Positions 47,501 through 57,342 of a stretch of 64,000 nt of DNA are shown piece by piece. A model generated the notes under the pieces. It had not been told where the DNA came from. It did no database searches and saw nothing but the letters and a program-made list of their open reading frames with translations. This DNA comes from Octopus vulgaris (Eukaryota): the NCBI GenBank assembly GCA_951406725.2, contig OX597823.1:3224001-3288000 (forward strand), written 5' to 3'. How positions within the stretch are numbered: the first letter of the stretch is position 1; each line of letters opens with the position of its first letter. The translations under genes were made by a program, and so were the position numbers.

Positions 47501-47704
47501 GCAATCTGAATGCCAAATGGTCAATTAAGCAAGTCTTTCTTTGTTATTTTAATTCTATTTTTCTCTATTTTTTCGCAGACTGCCAGTCACATGGCTCGAC
47601 TGATGAAAGAATGCTGGTACCACAGTGCTGCTGCTCGCCTTACAGCTCTACGCATCAAGAAGACATTGACGAATATGGCTCTAAGGGAGGACTTCAAGAT
47701 TTAA
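18277..47704 (+). CDS. TGFBR1: TGF-beta/activin type I receptor Ser/Thr kinase (ALK4/5/7 group; TGFBR1/baboon-like); spliced CDS of 9 exons, 5' signal-peptide exon missing
   Basis: Exons joined by hand at GT-AG sites keep one frame. Product has a 10-Cys ectodomain ending CCSDSAFCN, a TM helix, GS box [30 protein letters not shown]45 loop [31 protein letters not shown] and [11 protein letters not shown], with TAA at 47702-47704. The symbol marks the orthology group, not proven 1:1 orthology. Confidence 0.95.
20491..21532. mobile_element. hAT-type MITE containing two nested RTE tails
   Basis: TIRs CAGTAGTTCTCA / TGAGAATCACTG; 8-bp flanks GTTTATAT / CTTTATAT; RTE tails at about 20638-20950(-) and 21110-21449(+). 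Confidence 0.75.
22511..22565. repeat. Short tandem duplication (27-bp unit x2)
   Basis: TGCCCAACTTCAATGAGTGATCTGTTT repeated. Confidence 0.9.
24077..26097 (-). mobile_element. 5'-truncated RTE-clade LINE: RT domain, PHD-like finger, C-terminus, 3'UTR and (GAT)n tail
   Basis: [75 protein letters not shown]; a few stops and frameshifts; continuous with the abundant tail repeat. Confidence 0.93.
28335..28486 (+). CDS. TGFBR1: Receptor exon B: C-terminal half of ectodomain with Cys box, [50 protein letters not shown]
   Basis: Acceptor ttttgtttag|, donor |gtaagt; 152 nt, phase 2 to 1, compatible with exon A; CC-x5-CN Cys box. Confidence 0.92.
28547..28825. repeat. Near-perfect 279-bp palindrome (hairpin) 60 bp downstream of exon B
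   Basis: TTGCAGTGTGGGAGGTGTTTATAAG...CATGCTGCAGCATG...CTTATAAACACCTCCCACACTGCAA; arms differ only in one short patch and a single mismatch. Confidence 0.95.
28893..29033 (-). mobile_element. Mariner-derived MITE (about 140 bp)
   Basis: TIRs AGGTTGTCCCAAAAGTTCGTA / TACGAACTTTTGGGACAACCT flanked by TA; interior minus strand keeps a transposase C-terminus [11 protein letters not shown]. Confidence 0.88.
29065..29237 (+). mobile_element. RTE 3'-tail copy
   Basis: AAAAGCACCCACTACACTCACGGAGTGG...GATGAT. Confidence 0.85.
29405..29810 (-). mobile_element. Second RTE family (BovB/Expander-like) 3' end with C2H2 finger, degenerate
   Basis: Minus strand [25 protein letters not shown] and [19 protein letters not shown]. 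Confidence 0.75.
29986..31096 (+). mobile_element. Degenerate mariner, cecropia (Hsmar1-like) subfamily
   Basis: Imperfect TIRs TTAAGTGGTCGAGAAAGT / ACTTTCTTGACAACCTAA flanked by TA. Frameshifted transposase: [83 protein letters not shown]. Confidence 0.9.
31125..31320 (+). mobile_element. SINE family 3, ending just before the exon C acceptor
   Basis: GAGTTCAAATTCTGC...GACTTTACCTTTCATC...TAAGTACCAG core. Confidence 0.78.
31347..31568 (+). CDS. TGFBR1: Receptor exon C: transmembrane helix, juxtamembrane region and start of GS box
   Basis: Acceptor ttcgttacag|, donor |gtcagt; 222 nt; [22 protein letters not shown] followed by QRR, ending [16 protein letters not shown](G). Confidence 0.93.
32201..32448. 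mobile_element. hAT-type MITE
   Basis: TIRs CAGTGATTCTCGACC / GGTTGGAAACCACTG; 8-bp flanks TTTTAGAC / ATTTAGAC. Confidence 0.78.
32610..33005 (+). mobile_element. RTE 3'-tail copy with hairpin repeats
   Basis: Same as 21110-21449 and 46935-47477. Confidence 0.85.
34132..34362 (+). CDS. TGFBR1: Receptor exon D: end of GS domain and kinase subdomains I-IV
   Basis: Acceptor ttttgttgcag|, donor |gtaaga; 231 nt; [30 protein letters not shown]...[40 protein letters not shown]. Confidence 0.97.
34480..34882 (+). mobile_element. RTE 3' end, degenerate
   Basis: Final ORF2 codons (YAVLEK) followed by the tail; contains a short tandem duplication at about 34688-34760. Confidence 0.7.
35885..36298 (+). 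mobile_element. RTE 3'-tail copy with about 4 hairpin units
   Basis: Repeated GTGGCAC/GTGACAC-AAAAAGCACCAT units, then the conserved tail. Confidence 0.85.
36650..37900 (-). mobile_element. Helitron/Helentron-like composite with a dispersed direct repeat
   Basis: About 36880-37033 is repeated at about 37627-37771. Three TTAT(A/T)GTAAGA(T/C) ends preceded by ACAGA-rich tracts resemble minus-strand 5' ends of non-autonomous rolling-circle elements. Confidence 0.45.
38032..38199 (+). CDS. TGFBR1: Receptor exon E: L45 loop, hinge, kinase subdomains V-VIa
   Basis: Not in the ORF track; read manually. Acceptor ctctttttcag|, donor |gtaagt; 168 nt; (D)[55 protein letters not shown](G). Confidence 0.96.
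38633..38693. repeat. CAACTCATCCAACCATTC-like unit x3
   Basis: Directly visible tandem repeat. Confidence 0.9.
39845..41100 (+). mobile_element. DINE-1/Helentron-like element interrupted by a family-1 SINE (40089-40502, minus)
   Basis: Subterminal inverted repeat TACCCTGC (5') / GCAGGGTA (3'), GTCTGTGTGTTTG tract near the 5' end, T-rich 3' flank; internal duplication about 40505-40690 / 40760-40965. Confidence 0.55.
41165..41248 (+). CDS. TGFBR1: Receptor exon F: catalytic loop
   Basis: Not in the ORF track. Acceptor ttattttccag|, donor |gtaagt; 84 nt; (G)[27 protein letters not shown](G). Confidence 0.96.
42791..43160 (+). mobile_element. Non-autonomous Helitron-like element
   Basis: 5' ...ATATATATAAA..TGTCTGTGTGTG; 3' ACTAGC-AG-TATGACCTGG-TGTTG-CCGGGTCATA-GG-GCTAGT hairpin plus CTAG. 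Confidence 0.65.
43620..44522 (-). mobile_element. Two RTE 3'-end copies in minus orientation (43620-44100 with ORF2 end; 44121-44522 tail)
   Basis: CATCATCATC...GGATGCCCTTCCTAA occurs twice; the first extends to [10 protein letters not shown]-like codons. Confidence 0.82.
44723..44920 (+). CDS. TGFBR1: Receptor exon G: activation segment, kinase subdomains VIII-IX
   Basis: Acceptor ttttgctgacag|, donor |gtaagt; 198 nt; [65 protein letters not shown]. Confidence 0.96.
45901..46290 (+). mobile_element. SINE family 1, full length, ending about 35 bp before the exon H acceptor
   Basis: GCAGGTGTGGCTGTGTGG...GGTTCAGTCCC...GAAACAAGGAAAGGATAAAAAG. Confidence 0.85.
46325..46464 (+). CDS. TGFBR1: Receptor exon H: kinase subdomain X
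   Basis: Acceptor gtgtttttcag|, donor |gtgagg; 140 nt; (N)[46 protein letters not shown]. Confidence 0.95.
46935..47477 (+). mobile_element. RTE 3'-tail copy with a long hairpin array, nested in a piggyBac-like MITE (46792-47527)
   Basis: About 6 GTGCC/GGCAC-type units, then the tail; MITE halves on both sides. Confidence 0.82.
47579..47704 (+). CDS. TGFBR1: Receptor last coding exon: kinase subdomain XI / NANDOR-box region and stop
   Basis: Acceptor tttttcgcag|, phase 0; [41 protein letters not shown]. Confidence 0.95.
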   Translation, partial: TASHMARLMKECWYHSAAARLTALRIKKTLTNMALREDFKI

Positions 47705-48274
47705 GGGCTGTTCGGATGTTTTTTTAGGGGTATTATTTCTGTTTTTCTTTTACCATGTATCATCAATGGAGAGTAAGCAGCTAGCATCACATCATACACC
47801 GATTTGCTGCTCCCCCTTCCTCACTGAATTGGTGTGCAGTTGGTTCCTGCTCTGCTGGATGCTTGCTGGCTCTGTACAACAACAACAACAAAAAAAAAAC
47901 AACTACAAACAAGAAGGAAATGGAAAAAAAAATAATGGCATTTGCCAAAAAAATGGTTGGAAGAAATATGTAAACTCCTATTCTACCCACTCCTAGATAT
48001 TCTGTGTCTGAAACAAAAACTGTGAGATGGTCATAGCTGGAATGCCTTTGGCTTTAACATAATTAACAGGCCTGCTGATCTGGCCCAATGTGAGGCTAAA
48101 AAACTCTTTTTTTCAACCAGCTCAATTTTTCAGAGTTGCTCACCATAATAGCAAACAGCAACCAAGTAGTTAACGAAAGCCATCTTCAACATCTACTTCT
48201 TCAACAATATGTAACAACAACAACAACAGGAACAGCAGCAACAATTGTATCAGCAGAAAGAGCAACAATGTGCT

Positions 48275-48282
48275 CACACACA

Positions 48283-48352
<70 letters not shown>
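48275..48352. repeat. (CA)n microsatellite in the presumed 3'UTR
   Basis: Directly visible. Confidence 0.97.
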
Positions 48353-48354
<2 letters not shown>

Positions 48355-49064
48355 AAGCAGCAAGGGGTGAAAAAACTGTCTTGCCCAAACAAACCAAAGA
48401 ATTTTAAACCAAGTTAAAGCCAGATGGTTGTATTGAAGAAAAAGAAAAAAAAAAAATTGATTAAGCCATTTAAATGGGTCTTTGTACCATTTTGGGTTGA
48501 TAAACTCCTTGCCACAAATTGACCCATTGTGGATGTTTTTAGTCTTTACAACATTTCAAAAGAAAAAAAAAAACAAAGAAAGAGAAAGAATTTCTAACCT
48601 TTCTGTCAAATCACACTCAGAAATCCGCCCTCACCATTTTCTTAAAAGATTTGGCTGCAAGGTAACAACAACAACAATCTCAACAACCAATAATCTATCG
48701 TAGATAATTTTCAAATATAAACCACAACATATTTTTTCCCTTGCCTTAGTTTGTACAAATTTTACAGCTGAACAATGAATCATTTGGAATTGTCCCTCAC
48801 ACCACACAACACATCATCATCGTTATCAGTTTCATCAGCATTGTCATCATCAATCATTATCAATTATCATTATCATCATTACCATTTTACTGAACATGTA
48901 TTTTTTTTTCAATGACTGTCACCATAGCAACTTTCCAGAGATATCACGTACCAGAGTAACAATCTTTTTTTTTAATGACTTGATGTCTTTTCTTCAACAC
49001 CAATTATGGTACCTGTGAAAGGGTGGATAAGCATGACCTATTATTATTATTGTTATTATTATTA

Positions 49065-50289
49065 TTGAGGCGGCAAACTGGCAGAATCGTTAGCATGCTG
49101 GGCAAAATGTTTCACAGAATTTTGTCCATTTTTACGTTCTGGGTTCAAATTCCGCCGAGGTTGACTTTGCCTTTCATCCTCTCAGGATCAATGAAATAAG
49201 TACCAGTTATGCACTGGGGTCAATGTAATCGACTATCCCCCTTCCCTCAAAATTTCAGGTCTTGTGTCTATAGTAGAAAGGATTATTATTATTATTATTA
49301 TTGTAAAGGTGGCAGGCTGGCAGAATTGTTGAAATGCCGGGCAAAATGCTTGGTGGGATTTCATCCATCTTCATGATGTTTGGAGTTCAAATTCCACCAA
49401 GGTTGACTTTACTTTTCATCCTTTCAGGGTTGATAAAATAACTACCAGTTAAATACTGGGGTTGATGTAATTGGCTTACCCTCTCCCTGAAGTTGCTGGC
49501 CTTGTGCCTTTAGTAGAAATTATTATTATCAATATTATTTGTTTTGTTTCTGATTTGAACAGTTAACATCAGTATCATGAATAATGAGGTGCACGTTGTC
49601 AAGGAAACCAACCTTGTTCATTCGGATGTCCTCCTGTCAGAATGCTCTGGCAACATTTAAACATTTGGATGTGACTACTGTGTCTCAACTTGTTGATGTC
49701 TTTACAAAGAGATGCTCTACCGAACCCAGATAGACATATGGAATCTGATTATACTACTACTACTAATAATAATAATAATGATAGCAATTATTATTATTAT
49801 TATTATTATGGGCAAAGGTGGCAAGCTGGTAAAATTGTTAGAGTATTGGATAAAATGTGGTATTTTATTTTATTCTCTATGCTCTGAGTTCAAATCCCAC
49901 TGGAGTCAACTTTGCCTTTCTTTCCTCCAAGGTCAATGAAATAAAGTACCAGTTGATTATATCGATTGGGTTCGATATAACTGACTAGTCCCCCTCCGTT
50001 CAAAACTGCGGGCTTGTGCCTAAATCAGAAACAACAACAACAACAATTATTATTATTATTATTATTATTGATAGTATTGATTGGCAGAAACAAGAAGACA
50101 ACAAACAATACTTCTGGCAGTTATCTAGTTAAGTCCCTTCTTTTGAATTCAAATCTTATAAGGGGCTGACTTTGCAGTTCATCTCTCAGGGTTTGATAAA
50201 TTAAGTCTTAGTCAAGTTCTAGAGTCAATTTAATCAACTCCCATGCACTACTCCAAAATGAAATTTGTGATCTTCTGCTTAAGTTAGAA

Positions 50290-50338
<49 letters not shown>

Positions 50339-52540
50339 TCATTTATACAGAACAAATTAAACTGTTGGAAAAAATTCCTAACATTAGGCTACAATAAGTA
50401 ATCTTGAATGCCAAGAACCTTCCTAGTTGTCCTTAATAACACTGTTTTCTGGAGTTGCACTAAACTAGGTTTACACCCCTTCCCATATTTGTGACACTCT
50501 TCAATATAAGAGATTGGCAGAATTGTTAGAGAACTGGGTAAGAATGCCTTGTTGTGTGTTGTGGCTCTTTATGTTCAGGTATCAAATCCTGCTGCGATTA
50601 GTTTTGCTTTCATCCTCCCCAGTGTCAATGAAATATGTATTGGTCATGGTCGGGGGTTTGATAGAACCAACCGCGCTCTCTCTCTCTCTCTCTCACCTCC
50701 AAAAATTCCTGGCTTTGTGTCTCAGTAAGAAATTACTTTTATTATAGCAAATACTGTCAAGTTGACAATTCAACTTTCCATTCCTGGCTATTTCATTTTA
50801 TTTATACTGCTAATGTCTTCATGAAACACATGAATGTTACAAAGATCCTAGTTTGCCATCTGCTAAAATTCAGGGCCTTGAGGTCAATCAAAAAAAAAAA
50901 AAAGCACACCTTTATTGTTGTTATGAAAATTTGAAGGGAAAATTTCCGCATTGTATGTAGTTGTGCCATCAGGAATGGTTGTGTGATTGTCTGTGCTTAC
51001 CTTGCTGCATTTAGCCTTGCTTCGTGTTTTAAGTTCAAATTGCAATGTTGCTAGCTTTGCTTTTCATCTTTTTAACTTTCACTTATGTGAGAAGTAATCA
51101 TCATCATCATCATCATCATCAAGGCAGTGAGTTAGCAGAATTATTTGCATGATGTGCATTTCGTCTGTCCTAACATTCTGAGTTCAAATTCCGCCGAGTT
51201 CAACTTTACCTTTCATCCTTTTGAGGTTGATAAAATAAGTATGAGTGAAACACTGGGGGTCAATGTAGTCAACACATCCCCCTTCCATCCAAATTTTAGG
51301 CCTTGTGCCTATAGTAGAAAGGATTATCATTATTAGTATTATTAATTAAGGTGGCAAACTGGCAGAATCGTTAGCACGTCGGGCGAAATGCTTAACAGTA
51401 TTTTGTCTGTCTTCACATTCTGAGTTCAAATTCTGCCGTGGTTGACTTTGCCTTTCATCCTTTTGAGGTTGATAAAATAAGTAACAGGTGAGCACTGGGG
51501 GTTGGTGTAATTGATTTGCCCTCTCCCTCCGAACTTACTGGCCTTGGGAATAGGTTGGAGACTCGATCCAGTGAGGTATTGGCTTATAGTCCTTTACGTT
51601 TTCAAGTTCAGCCCCTGCTAGAGTTGACTTTGTTTTCCATCCTTTTAGGTCAGTGAAATAAGACCATCCAATTACTAGCTTTGATATAATTTAGTCCCCC
51701 CTCCCCAAATTAGTGACCTTCTGTCTGTTTTAGAAGTCCCCGTCATCATTATTGTTTTTAGGAAAGGCAGGAAGCGGGCAGAATCTTTGGCACAGGGGGG
51801 GGGGGGGAATGCTTAGCAGCTTTTCATCTGTCTTTATATTCGAAGTTCAAATTTTACTGCAGTCCTTTCAGGATCGATAAAATAAGTACCAGTTGCATAT
51901 TGGGGTTGATGTAATCGACCCCCCCACTTCTCAAAATTTCAGGCCTGGTATCAATAGTACAGAGACTATTATTGTTATTTAAGACGTTGCACAGTATCCA
52001 ATATCTTGTTGATGTTGTTGATGATGATTATTATTATTATTATCATAATCATCATCATAAGCATTGCCATGATCATTATTATTATTATCAGTATTTATTT
52101 CCTATCTTTTACTTTACTGCTGCTCATCTTCGCACTAACATCGTATCTTCTTTTATCACTATTGCTGCTGCTTCTCCTCCTCCTACTACTACTGTATTAT
52201 TATTATTATTATTATTATGATAAGGGTGGTAGGGCAGCGGAGCGTCTGACAAAATGCTTTGTGGTATTTACTTGCTTGCAGCTCTTTACATTGTGAATTC
52301 AAATGCTTCTTTGGTCAGCTTCACCCTCCATCCTTCTGCATTCAATAAAATATCATACCCCCTCCCTGGCTCTGTAAGAAATTAAGGATGGTGGATTGGC
52401 AGAATTGGAAAGGTGTTGGACAAAATATCTTGCAGCGTTTATTGTGGCTCTTTACTTTCTGGTTTCAAATCCTCCTAAGGTCAGTGAGGTTGGTCAATTT
52501 GACTCCTAAATATGTGGCTTTGTGCCTATGTTACTGATTA
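49065..52540 (+). mobile_element. Cluster of about 10-11 co-oriented family-3 SINEs separated by (ATT)n/(CAT)n tails
   Basis: Head GGCGGCAAACTGGCAGAATCGTTAGCA and core GTTCAAATTCCGCCGAGGTTGACTTTGCCTTTCATCC recur near 49065, 49305, 49815, 50080, 50510, 51120, 51347, 51550, 51765, 52220, 52385. Confidence 0.85.
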
Positions 52541-53335
52541 GTATCAATCATTTTAATTATCTAAATGATCACTAACTGATACATTAATTAACTCGTATTT
52601 TACTTGATATCTTTTTTTTTTCTTCATCTTTCATTTTTTGTGAGAAACTTACTTAGTCTGCTGCTTCCACAGCCAGTCAGTTCGTCGTCAAATGGCACCA
52701 GATATCTCTAGAAGGCCTTTTTCTAGCCCTTTCTTATCCTTTTAAGCTAATGAAGCCAGTTAGAAAGAGCTGCAAGTCTTTAGCATCACTGCACCTGTCA
52801 GTTCCTCTTCGAAACAAAAGGATGTCTTTAGCCCCGTGTGTCCAGTTCACTAAAAAGGAGGAGACCAGTTTTTAGCTCTTCTCTCGATTCTTGTGTTCGG
52901 TCAGTCAAAAGGAAAGATTGACTGGAGATGGTGACTAGGTGTCCTTAGGCCCCCTCCCCCCTCCCCTCATTCCATTCCTCTTGATCTTTGTGTGGCTGTT
53001 GTCTTAGCTTCAGCCTTTCTTACCTTCAACAGGAGAGAGGTCCAATTCGTCTCAATAACAGTTTTTTGGGGGGTGTTTTTTACCTCTTCTCCTACTCATC
53101 CTTTCTTTTCCCTTGATGTGCTCCCTCCCTGCAAACGAGTGAGACGAGTGATAGATTCAGAGATGGTGGTGATGGATTTGTATTTTATTTCAATTGTCAT
53201 TGTTTTTTTTAAATTTCATTTTTTCTCTTTTTTTTACATTTCTTTTTCATTTCATTTCAGCTTGTAACTATGGTTAACTATGTAGATACCACACTACACA
53301 CACACACATCTATACATACATATATATATATATAT

Positions 53336-53381
<46 letters not shown>

Positions 53382-53859
53382 CAAATTGCTTTAAAGCATA
53401 ACATATCACGTGTATTGGAAATGTGTTTATATCTGTGCAAAGAGAGAAAGAAATACAATTTTTGTATATATATTTGTGTATGAAAGTGCTTATTGTTTAT
53501 GTATGTGTGTATATATATATATATATATATTGCTACCACTATGTTTGCATATGCTTTTCTGTAAATATGTTTGCGTGCGTTTCAAATGTTTTCTCTGTTA
53601 ATCCTGTTTATGAGAAATGATCCTCTTGAAATCTCAGTGCTTGATCCTTTTCATACCAACCCACCTGAGACTGCTTCACACTCTTCCATGCAAAACAGCC
53701 TCTCCTAAAATGTAATTATTTTATGACTTTCCATCTTGATTCTATGTCTGCCGAACGTTATTTTAAGCTGTGTTCCTAACATCAGGTGAATAAGGGAATA
53801 GGTGATTTCTTTTATCAAATCCCTCGAAATGAAATAAAATATTTGGGACATTAATAGAG

Positions 53860-54183
53860 ACACGCAGTGGTAAGAAGCTTGCTTCCCAACCACATGGTTG
53901 CAGGTTCAGTCCCACTGCATGTCACCTTGGGCAAGTGTCTTCTATGGCCTCAGGCTGACCAAACCCTTGTCAGTGGATTTGGTAGATAGAAACTGTAAGA
54001 ATCTTATCGTTTATATACATATGTGTGTGTGTGTGTGTCTTTGTACCTGTGTTTGTCACCATTTGACAATAGGTGTAGCAGTTCGGCAAAAAGAGACCGA
54101 TAGAATTAAGTGCCAGACTTTAAAAAAAAATATAGTCCTGGGGTCAATCCATTCAACTAAAATAAGTAAAAGATAAAAAGATA
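53860..54183 (+). mobile_element. SINE family 1
   Basis: GTGGTAAGAAGCTTGCTTCCCAACCACATGG...TAAAAGATAAAAAG. Confidence 0.8.
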
Positions 54184-55139
54184 AGGGACAGTGTTGAGTC
54201 CAGAAAGAGTTAAGTAGGGATAATGTAGGTTGTTATAGGAACTTGTCTATAAGGGTATTTTGCAATCTGAGTTCAAATCCTGTTGTGGTTGACTTTGATC
54301 TTTCTGGGGTTGATGAAATAAGTAGCAGTCAAAAGGTGAGTGGAAGGCGTGAGCTTATAAGTTAATCAGAGGAGGAGTAGTAGTAGTACCCATGACCTTT
54401 GCAGGCCCTCCCAGACAAGTGCTAGTGCTATGACAGATGCCCAGCCTAAAGACCTACAGAAAAACAAAGCAAAAATCATGTGGGCAGGAAAGGGTCTGGA
54501 GATTTGGTTTGAATGCTTACAACAGGGTGAAGTGTGTTGAAGGCATCCAAGGATCAGGTAGTAGTGTTAGACTGGGTCATGTGTTTGGCCTATTGTTCAG
54601 ATTGATTGCGCTGTGGTCGCTTGACCTGTTAGAAATGACAGCCAAATCTTGCTCAAATGACACATTGGATAATGTCGTCTTAGATATGCTGTATCAGCAA
54701 ACAAGATGGGATGATCATGGCTGGAATGCTTTTGATTATAGGTCTGCTCAAACCAGACTGACCTGGGGCTAAACAACAACTATACTCTTCTCCTATAGTT
54801 TATGACCTTGTACCAAACTTAGCAATTATTATTATTATTATTTTTATTATTATTATTATTATTATTATTTTTATTTTTATTATTATCATTATCATCAATG
54901 TGCTGCCAAGGTTGACTTTGCCTTTCATCCTTTCATGCTGAAGTAGCATGAAACAATTCTACTACTCTACCTTGGATATCCTTATTGCTTATTTGGATAT
55001 ATATATATATATAACTAACTAACTAACACATATATATATATGTATGTATATATATCATCATCATCATCATCGTTTAACGTCCGTTCTCCATGCTAGCATG
55101 GGTTGGACGGTATATATATATGTATGTATGTATATATAT

Positions 55140-55425
55140 ATATCACGTGATCACGTGACCGACCAGTCCATCAGATGTAGTTACACATCGCTGGTCACAA
55201 TGCATTCGCATTGTTTTAGCCTTTGAATGACGCCACCCCGCTGGCTAAGCGAGCAGGCCAACAGAAGAAAGAGTGGTGAAAGAGTACGGCAGGGATCACC
55301 GCCCCCTGCCGGAGCCTCGTGGATCTTTTAGGTGTTTTCGCTCAATAAACACTCACAACGCCCGGTCTGGGAATCGAAACCGCGATCCTACGACCGCAAG
55401 TCCGCTGCCCTAACCATTGGGCCAT
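55140..55425 (-). mobile_element. SINE family 2, CpG-rich (young) copy
   Basis: Minus strand ATGGCCCAATGGTTAGGGCAGCGGACTTGCGGTCGTAGGATCGCGGTTTCGATTCCCAGACC. Confidence 0.85.
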
Positions 55426-55566
55426 ATATATATGTATGTATATATATGTGTATGTATGTATATATATGTGTATGTATGTATATATATGTGTATGGATGTA
55501 TATATATATGTATGTATATATATGTGTATCTATGTATATATATGTGTATGTATGTATATATGTATG

Positions 55567-55651
<85 letters not shown>

Positions 55652-55709
55652 ATGTATATATATATATATATATATGTATGTATATGTATATATATGTGTA
55701 TGTATATGT

Positions 55710-55741
<32 letters not shown>

Positions 55742-55790
55742 GTATGTATGTATATGTATATATATGTATATGTATATATATATATGTATG

Positions 55791-55835
<45 letters not shown>
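55425..55835. repeat. (TA)n/(TATG)n compound microsatellite
   Basis: Directly visible; source of several pseudo-ORFs. Confidence 0.98.
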
Positions 55836-55839
<4 letters not shown>

Positions 55840-56319
55840 GAATGCACACACATATCCATTCTTGAAAAAAGTATTTCCAGGAACCAACGAAAAACCCAAT
55901 ATAATTATTCACCCGACAAGAAAAAGGAGGCAAATATCCCTCGCAGCACAATGTTCCATCTTCAAAGGGTACAACACTTAGACACAGTAATCCTACAAAT
56001 CTTATCTCTAACATAAAAAGAAACAGGATGGTCACATGTGGAATGCTTTTGATCATGTGTCTGCTCCACCAGTGTTGATTTGGAGCAAGATGTTCTTGTT
56101 TTGTGGATTATATTTTGTGTCACTGTTTATCATGGAACTTTTTTTGACTTTTATTTCTAACAAATGATTCACTAAAAGTTTTTAAATATGAAGAATTTGA
56201 AGAGATTTAGAGTAAAACGAACAACTTTTCCATTCATCGAAAGCCAGCAATATTTGCTTTGTAAGTCACTTTTGATTCAGAAAATCATTTCACACACCAC
56301 TATAGCTCCAGTGAATTTA

Positions 56320-56351
<32 letters not shown>

Positions 56352-56954
56352 CGGGTTCAGCTAAAGATTGCCTCAAAAGCAATAACTTGAGAGGAGTGAT
56401 TATGAAAACTTGAATTTCTCAAAATATAAAATGAATTTTAAAACACAATGGATTATATTTGGTGATATTTTCTTGTGGCTGACAATTAGAATCTTTGCAT
56501 TTTTCCAAGCATTTTTTTCCTATTTTCTTATTCTTTTTTCTTTGTTCTTAATTATTGAATATTTTGAAATGAATTTGCTTCTGTAAATAGCTTAATTGAG
56601 TTTTCTATGAAATATTATCATTATTATTACATTTACTATTATCAAAATGGTGTGATGACAGAATTGTTAACACACTGAGCTCATTGCTTGGTGGCATTTT
56701 GTCCATCTTTACGTTCTAAGTTCAAATTCTGCCAAGGTTGATTTTTGCCTATCATCCTTTTGGGATTGATAAAATAAGTACCTGTTAAATACTGGGGTTG
56801 ATGTAATTGACTAACCCCCTCCCCTGAAATTGCTGGCCTTGTACCAAACTTTAGAGCAATTGTAACTTGTTCAGCGCTTTAACTAGAAAAGATTATATAC
56901 TCAGGAGAGTTTATAGTTTCATTTAAAATCTCTCATAATTGTTTGTCAATATAA

Positions 56955-57342
56955 ATTCTTTTACTTGTTTCAGTAAATTGACTGTGGCCATGCTGGAGCA
57001 CCACCTTTTTAGTCGAGCAAATCGCCCCATGACTTATTCTTTGTAAGCCTAGTACTTATTCTATCGGTCTCTTTTGCCAAACTGCTAAGTTACGGGGACA
57101 TAAACACACCAGCATCGGATGTCAAGCGATGTTGGGGTGGGGGACAAACACAGACACACTAACACACACACACATATATAATGGGCTACTTTCAGTTTCC
57201 ATCTACCAAAACTACTCACAAAGCTTTGGTTGGCCCGAGGCTATAGTAGAAGACACTTGCCCAAGGTGCCACGCAGTGGGACTGAACCTAGAACCATGTG
57301 GTTGGTAAGCAAGCTACTTACCACACAGCCACTCCTGTGCCT
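56955..57342 (-). mobile_element. SINE family 1, full length
   Basis: Collinear with 2717-3107 and 40089-40502. Confidence 0.87.

Noticed and set aside
47705-53000. Polyadenylation site of the receptor gene
   Set aside because: The AATAAA hexamers I noticed lie within SINE copies; the transcript end cannot be assigned without RNA data.
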